A DNA stretch of 64,000 bases, taken from Bispira polyomma. Its lineage: Eukaryota. The position numbers and the translations under genes were made by a program. The notes under the pieces were generated by a model that ran no database searches, had not been told where the DNA came from, and saw only the letters and a program-made list of their open reading frames with translations. The DNA is taken from assembly GCA_965649765.1 (NCBI GenBank), contig OZ287751.1, forward strand, positions 72,602,001-72,666,000. Direction: 5' to 3'. This document shows positions 61,401 to 64,000 of this stretch, piece by piece. The first letter of the stretch is position 1; every line of letters starts with the position of its first letter.

Positions 61401-63894
61401 ATAATCGAAGTTTAGATAATAGAGTCTACTGTACTTAATATAAATGAACATCCATCATGAACTGAACAAATATCGATGTAATCAGTTGAGAAGTAAGTCA
61501 CCCTTTTATAAAGGTACTTGTGCCCCGTACACATTTTGGCGGTATGGTATGAAGTACAGTAGAACCTCTATTTTACGGACATTTTGGGAGAGTGAGAATT
61601 TGTTTGGATAATACAAGGTCCGTAAAATAGAAGGGGCATTTTAGTATAAAATAATACCAAAATAAATCTGAATAGTCGGATAATAGAGGGTCGGATAATA
61701 GAGGTTCGACTGTACTAGAAGGTTCTAGAAGGTGCTGTAACTTGTCTTTCCGCCTATTAAATCGGCCTTTTTCATCTAGGGGAAACATACTCCCTGACAC
61801 TTGTGCAGATAAGTTACGCAGGCGGCAACAAAAGATTACTGGCACGGAAGATTTACAGTAGTAATACTAAAATACCCGAAAATGGTCTAAAACAGGCGAA
61901 AACAGACAATTCTGAGGGCCGAAGAATTACAGTAGTGATTCAACAATACTCAGAAACCGGTAAAACCATTTTTCCACCTTAGTAAGGCAGAAGTTTGGAC
62001 CCTACCCAAAAATTCTATCTCACAAGGCCGACTGCAGAAAGATTTTTGGGAAGGAAGGTAAACTTATGGGAAGTTATAGGTAAGGTTTCCCTTCGCTAGA
62101 AGGCAATTTTCATAACTAATCTAACCACCTCTCCATACCTTCATAGTGTGAAGCCTACATTATCTTTGATTAGCTATCTCCAATGTTTGACCTTAAATAC
62201 CCTTGTGTCTCCAGGTGGTGGCCCCTAAGAAGGAGCGTCTCAAACAAGCGGAGCAGGACTTGTCAGTGACCATGGCTCAGTTAAATGAAAAGCGTGCCCA
62301 GCTGAAGGAAGTGGAGGACAAACTGGCCAACCTCAAACAGCTGTTCCAAGAGATGACCGAGAAGAAGGCTAAACTAGAGTTCCAGGTAATTTAAACCTGA
62401 GACTACCATGTGTTCAGTGTTACAGATGTACCTTGGGTTGTGATAAGGCTTTTGTGTGCAGTTAATATAGTTGTTAAACCTAGAGATATTTTCTGATAAG
62501 ATTATCAGTAAAACTAGGTATTACTGTTACTCACAGAGACAATTTTGTATGAGGTTAAAGACGGATAAATTTTTTGTAGTAATGGTAATAGCCGATAATA
62601 TCTGTTGATTACAAATCTGACAAGTGAGTAACAGCGAGTATTTTAACCTATAATAAATAGCGTCAATCACACAAACAAACCCAAAACCCAATAACACCAG
62701 TGTAATTAATATCCTTGCTGCTCTCTAAGCATGTGCGAATAAAAATAAATAATCATTAGTTGGTTATATGTAAAATTTGTCTACTTTCTATATCAATCCT
62801 AATTACATTGTCTGCTTACTCCACAGATGGCCTCAGTGATGTAGGCACTGTGGTAACACACTGCGTTGCTCCTACCTCTGCCATTGTTGCTCTAATCTCA
62901 GTCCCCTGGAATCTATGTAGAAAAGTTGGCAGTAGACTTGCTGAAGATTAGTGGTTTGTAGAGCAGAAAAAAACTTGACCAACTGCCCTGCTCTGATGTG
63001 TTTTTGGTAGAGTTGTGAGTAATATTTGTAGAAATTGAGATTTTTGTGACTATTTTTCCCTTAGTTACCTAAATTCTAGTTATTTTTTGCCAATTCTTTT
63101 ATTGATTTGGCTTAAATTTTAGGGTCGCAAATTTCCAATACAGTGGCAAATTTTCGACTCCTTACTCTAATTATGTTTTATTGTTTCCGTCCTTCCCAGG
63201 TGGATCTGTGTGGCAAGAAGTTAGTGCGCGCTGAGAAGCTGATTGGTGGACTGGGCGGTGAGAAGGATCGGTGGACCAAAGCCGCTGCTGACTTACAGGT
63301 GGTCTTTGACAACCTGCTGGGAGATGTGCTCATTTCAGCGGGAGTGATAGCCTATCTGGGTCCCTTCACTGGCGCCTATAGAGACGACTGTATAGAAGAC
63401 TGGGTACAGCAGTGTAAGGTAGGTATAGTGTAAGGTAGGGGTGAAAGCTTATCTCGGTCCCTTCACTGGAGCCTATAGAGACGACTGTATAGAAGACTAG
63501 GTACAGCAAAAACTTAGGTGGTTGTTGGTTGGATCTCGCGAGCCGTCCTCTCTTATAAGGTAAATTTTAATGGGAAAACTGGCTAGCTTACAGAATGCTC
63601 ACAGTTCATGTGGGGTCGCCCCTTTGTAAGTTGGCATGAGTAAAAGTTTTACTGTATTTTTGATAGATAACACAGCCACAGTGTTGAGTACAAATAAAAC
63701 CGTTCCAATTGCCCTCTTTTACACCTTTCTATGTATATTGTATTTTAGAAACAGAAAATCCCTTGCTCCCCTGACTTCTCTCTCACCTTAACTTTGGGTG
63801 AACCGATCAAGATCCAGTCCTGGAATATTGCTGGTCTGCCCAGAGACTCTTTCTCCATTGATAACGCTGTGATTGTAGCCAACTCAAGGAGATG
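10417..63894 (+). CDS. DNAH12: Axonemal dynein heavy chain, DNAH12 orthologue; 50 coding exons, 3' end beyond window
   Basis: Exons: 10417-10592, 11715-11805, 12384-12410, 13545-13734, 18173-18407, 19591-19786, 20393-20584, 21575-21728, 22303-22573, 23393-23528, 24143-24268, 24696-24839, 25533-25685, 26004-26126, 26744-26923, 28067-28252, 28801-29061, 29543-29677, 30357-30573, 31275-31462, 32021-32197, 33911-34053, 34574-34660, 34950-35080, 35813-35970, 36686-36843, 37782-38016, 38430-38659, 39593-39776, 40247-40471, 41461-41646, 42466-42591, 44100-44288, 47098-47207, 48721-48898, 49731-49897, 50534-50726, 53553-53758, 54555-54896, 55545-55896, 56110-56310, 56869-57165, 57926-58051, 58517-58648, 59198-59329, 59936-60025, 60667-60807, 62215-62385, 63200-63418, 63749-63894. 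All introns are GT-AG and the phases chain into one frame (8813 nt). Dynein motifs: [59 protein letters not shown]-terminal segments ([44 protein letters not shown]) match vertebrate DNAH12 as I recall it, rather than DNAH3/7; orthology needs a tree to confirm. Confidence 0.93.
11930..12135 (+). repeat. Purely intronic minisatellite, ~64-bp unit x3
   Basis: aagtaattagacccatagcatttttgtattgttaatttgttattaagatattttaatagttaa. Confidence 0.9.
12384..12410 (+). CDS. DNAH12: 27-nt microexon (exon 3 of dynein heavy chain), MMSKDRRVR
   Basis: ttattag|ATGATGAGCAAAGACCGTCGTGTTCGA|gtaagt; phase 0/0; bridges ...PQFPKE to LNYQFL... Confidence 0.75.
16339..16550 (+). repeat. Purely intronic minisatellite, ~63-bp unit x3.3
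   Basis: acatcacttcataagtatatagactgcaccacaataggtctatatagagattagagagagact. Confidence 0.9.
17290..17714 (+). mobile_element. Decayed LINE AP-endonuclease fragment containing an 81-bp tandem duplication
   Basis: Frameshifted motifs LSLYRPP, VLGDF/VLGDL and TQFV...THLHNHIL resemble YRPP, LGDFN and TH..GH.LD of CR1/L2 endonucleases; duplicated units start at 17453 and 17534. Confidence 0.55.
17715..18220 (+). repeat. Acceptor-spanning tandem array at exon 5 (7 intronic copies plus the live junction; 57-62 bp and 74 bp unit types)
   Basis: Repeated gtattgtatttacag|tccagctctccct...cctgat..gagggggtta; exon-start copies at 17722, 17784, 17841, 17903, 17964, 18038, 18099; live exon starts at 18173. 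Confidence 0.95.
19325..19498. mobile_element. TA-flanked MITE (CAGT...ACTG termini), second family
   Basis: ta|cagtagactctgt...acagagtctactg|ta; elements of similar build at 43431-43617 and 52796-52970. Confidence 0.75.
22539..23160 (+). repeat. Donor-spanning tandem array at exon 9 (80-bp unit, 7 intronic copies)
   Basis: aggtggctacagaccacagggatgagaacaggag|gtaa... recurs at 22540, 22621, 22701, 22781, 22861, 22941, 23021, 23101. Confidence 0.97.
23775..23972 (+). mobile_element. Extreme 3' end of an L2/CR1-like LINE inserted within a MITE
   Basis: Translates [14 protein letters not shown], like [15 protein letters not shown] of the LINE at ~46866-46913; interrupts the MITE at ~23630-24049. 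Confidence 0.55.
24772..25405 (+). repeat. Degenerate ~30-bp array derived from the 3' part of exon 12
   Basis: aggtcaaggtcagggtggatgagtttatt-like units resemble exonic aaatcaaagccagggtggacgagtttaat; 25340-25405 (gatgagtttact...ggacatcatctagcagtttgtacagaccagt) mirrors the exon end. Confidence 0.65.
25768..26293 (+). repeat. Duplicated acceptor (118-bp unit) and duplicated donor around exon 14
   Basis: tctag|gttgtgtacaaatggcagcgagcagagaag at 25886 and at 26004 (live); tctacaagatacagaag|gtatgt...ttttgtgat copy at ~26223-26293. Confidence 0.92.
26885..27717 (+). repeat. Donor-spanning tandem array at exon 15 (~49-bp unit, 16 intronic copies)
   Basis: gtgtgtaatatcagtcaggagagcatgaaggactttaag|gtgagaggg repeated; live donor at 26924. 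Confidence 0.97.
28420..28835 (+). repeat. Degenerate acceptor-spanning copies upstream of exon 17
   Basis: ttag|gaattttccctggagaaacctatg (~28470) and ctag|gaattctccctggaaa (~28705) versus live gtag|gaattctccctggagaaggctatg (28801); shared cagttgttgaccactgg block. Confidence 0.8.
29335..29572 (+). repeat. Two acceptor-spanning copies upstream of exon 18
   Basis: ccag|gcccagtggctgtacctaaaacctatc (29353) and ctag|acttggtggctgtacctgaagcctatc (29454); live exon at 29543. Confidence 0.88.
31180..31298 (+). repeat. Acceptor-spanning 43-bp tandem repeat at exon 20 (2 intronic copies)
   Basis: cag|gtatta..aagcttgagtttgaca with AG at 31187-88, 31230-31 and 31273-74 (live). Confidence 0.93.
32184..32645 (+). 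repeat. Donor-spanning tandem array at exon 21 (55-bp unit, 8 intronic copies)
   Basis: ccattgtaaaactg|gtcagtgtgtaaccatggtaatacatggccatatctagggt at 32217, 32272, 32327, 32382, 32436, 32491, 32546, 32601. Confidence 0.93.
33424..33548. mobile_element. 125-bp foldback MITE/hairpin with ~44-bp inverted arms
   Basis: tacacaggtggcgctgggtttggcctacccttggcctcggttac versus reverse complement of the right arm tacacgggtggcgctggcttcagcctacccttggcttcggccac (37/44). Confidence 0.8.
33993..34321 (+). repeat. Donor-spanning tandem array at exon 22 (92-bp unit, 2 full plus 1 partial copy)
   Basis: taataaaggggtg.cttcagagaatgacttcagctggcttgctcagctcag|gtaag; donors at 34054 (live), 34146, 34238. Confidence 0.93.
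34950..35080 (+). CDS. DNAH12: Dynein exon 24, AAA1 Walker A (GPAGTGKT)
   Basis: [44 protein letters not shown]; ag at 34948-49, gt at 35081. Confidence 0.97.
36321..36551 (+). mobile_element. tRNA-derived SINE with (AATC)n tail; further copies at ~21290-21490, 30625-30765, 43017-43240, 48981-49175, 50270-50510, 52360-52505, 62826-63000, 63920-64000 (+) and ~38090-38240 (-)
   Basis: gtggcatagtggttaacgc...ggtttaaatc...atgtgggaaagttggcagt...atgacctatacaatg...gcgatgttaaaaccccaatcaatcaatc; core and tail shared among copies. Confidence 0.78.
37114..37493. mobile_element. hAT-like MITE, 380 bp, 8-bp TSD TAAGTAAT
   Basis: Ends tatgggtgagac / gtctcaccctta (11/12 inverted match); taagtaat at 37106-13 and 37494-501. 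Confidence 0.85.
39593..39776 (+). CDS. DNAH12: Dynein exon 29, AAA2 degenerate Walker A (GEPFGSKT)
   Basis: [12 protein letters not shown]...[21 protein letters not shown]. Confidence 0.95.
39775..39932 (+). repeat. ~39-bp tandem repeat starting at the exon 29 donor (4 units)
   Basis: ag-gtaa.gtcattgcgactgtagctagctgaattattgt repeated; carries only the terminal AG of the exon. Confidence 0.75.
41210..41510 (+). repeat. Two acceptor-spanning copies upstream of exon 31 plus tgtatttacc microrepeats
   Basis: tag|cc.gccactgtaagtagatgtgggatgatgtaact at 41231 and 41337; live exon at 41461. Confidence 0.92.
42150..42530 (+). repeat. Acceptor-spanning tandem array at exon 32 (94-bp unit, 3 intronic copies, each with ~65 nt of exon)
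   Basis: Copies start at 42184, 42278, 42372; live exon at 42466. Confidence 0.95.
43686..44495 (+). repeat. Arrays on both sides of exon 33: ~92-bp acceptor units (4 copies) and 47-bp donor units (4 copies)
   Basis: ag|gcagccgtttacttctcagttccctggtct at 43731, ~43823, 43915, 44008, live 44100; gtgtatgactacatgtatgag|gtgagt donors at 44289 (live), 44336, 44383, 44430, 44477. Confidence 0.95.
44889..45801. mobile_element. Non-autonomous DNA transposon, 913 bp, 16-bp imperfect TIRs, 5-bp TSD GCAGT
   Basis: Left cagtgttcattctagg; right end reverse complement cagtgtctattctagg (14/16); gcagt at 44884-88 and 45802-06. Confidence 0.75.
45860..47063 (+). mobile_element. 5'-truncated non-LTR retrotransposon (L2/CR1 group), RT C-terminal half plus 3' UTR and (TAAA)n tail
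   Basis: [87 protein letters not shown]; one frame with two premature stops (46434-36 TAA, 46734-36 TAG), terminal TAA at 46911-13; 3' gtaaagcgct...agcgctatataaat motif followed by taaa repeats. Confidence 0.93.
48193..48401. mobile_element. MITE with taaggaatctaaaatt inverted ends; other copies at ~23630-24049, ~38745-38930, ~63000-63165
   Basis: taaggaatataaaatttgccacc...ggtggcgaattttagatacagg...ttttagattcctta; shared core ccacccctaaaatttaagccaaat. Confidence 0.7.
48721..48898 (+). CDS. DNAH12: Dynein exon 35, AAA3 Walker A (GPTGTGKS)
   Basis: [15 protein letters not shown]...[12 protein letters not shown]. Confidence 0.96.
49853..50140 (+). repeat. Three degenerate copies of the exon 36 3' end in the downstream intron
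   Basis: (ccacccatt)gagttattcagacagtactttgaccataa at ~49925, ~50009, ~50100; one translates as [13 protein letters not shown]. Confidence 0.85.
51909..52019. mobile_element. ~110-bp MITE with GGG(C/T)GGTATTCA inverted ends; copies at ~12155-12261 and ~31817-31934
   Basis: gggtggtattcacaaaa...ttttttgaataccgccc. Confidence 0.65.
53737..54240 (+). repeat. Donor-spanning tandem array at exon 38 (~37-39-bp unit, ~12 intronic copies)
   Basis: cagagaaaagggtgatgattag|gtgagttgattataca repeated; live donor at 53759. Confidence 0.95.
55545..55896 (+). CDS. DNAH12: Dynein exon 40, AAA4 P-loop (GVGGSGRQ)
   Basis: [20 protein letters not shown]...[11 protein letters not shown]. Confidence 0.96.
57453..57957 (+). 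repeat. Acceptor-spanning tandem array at exon 43 (~51-64-bp units, 8 intronic copies)
   Basis: ttaatgtagttcctgt...actag|gtggcaga...gagttagaagac repeated; live exon at 57926. Confidence 0.93.
57926..62385 (+). CDS. DNAH12: Dynein stalk coiled coils and microtubule-binding domain (exons 43-48)
   Basis: [16 protein letters not shown] / [25 protein letters not shown] / [12 protein letters not shown] / VVAPKKERL, the canonical CC1-MTBD-CC2 motifs. Confidence 0.92.
58619..58878 (+). repeat. Donor-spanning tandem array at exon 44 (49-53-bp unit, 4 intronic copies)
   Basis: tgctatagctgccctggacactctcaag|gtaa.aacactgacagca; donors at 58649 (live), 58698, 58751, 58801, ~58850. Confidence 0.95.
61557..61712. 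mobile_element. TA-flanked Tc1/mariner(pogo)-like MITE; representative of a family with many copies in the window
   Basis: ta|cagtagaacctctatt...aatagaggttcgactg|ta; related copies at ~1006-1170, 13909-14094, 21751-22077, ~30039-30210, ~32750-32826, ~39464-39528, ~47729, ~49301, ~60840-61011, 61250-61431. Confidence 0.8.
63427..63509 (+). repeat. Copy of the exon 49 3' portion just inside the downstream intron
   Basis: gcttatctcggtcccttcactggagcctatagagacgactgtatagaagactaggtacagca versus exonic gcctatctgggtcccttcactggcgcc...gactgggtacagca; also a micro-duplicated donor agtgtaag|gtagg. Confidence 0.92.
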
Positions 63895-64000
63895 GTGTGT
63901 ACCCGTGTTTCTTTTTAAAATCTGTCTGCCCTTGCGGGTAACACACTCGCATTCGAATGCAGAGGACCTGGATTTAATCCTGGGGCTCCCAGGTGTATGC

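Overview
Eukaryotic animal genomic DNA with AT-rich introns. The SINE/MITE/L2 repeat content suggests a marine invertebrate, probably a mollusc or other lophotrochozoan (inference). The window is dominated by one plus-strand axonemal dynein heavy chain gene, a DNAH12 orthologue. I traced 50 coding exons from the ATG at 10417 to 63894, all GT-AG and phase-consistent, about 2937 codons. They cover the tail, linker, AAA1-AAA4, stalk/MTBD and the start of AAA5, and the gene continues past the window. A divergently oriented minus-strand gene with a Gln/Glu-rich N-terminal exon lies at the left end. The most striking feature is that about 27 splice junctions, on 24 of the 50 dynein exons, carry local tandem or near-tandem duplications. 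Most units contain the exon end, the splice site and adjacent intron, giving arrays of up to 16 decoy splice sites that extend into the intron. Introns also hold a 5'-truncated L2/CR1-type LINE, two LINE remnants, a tRNA-derived SINE family and several MITE families, including elements with clean 8-bp and 5-bp target-site duplications. All coordinates and counts were read by hand.
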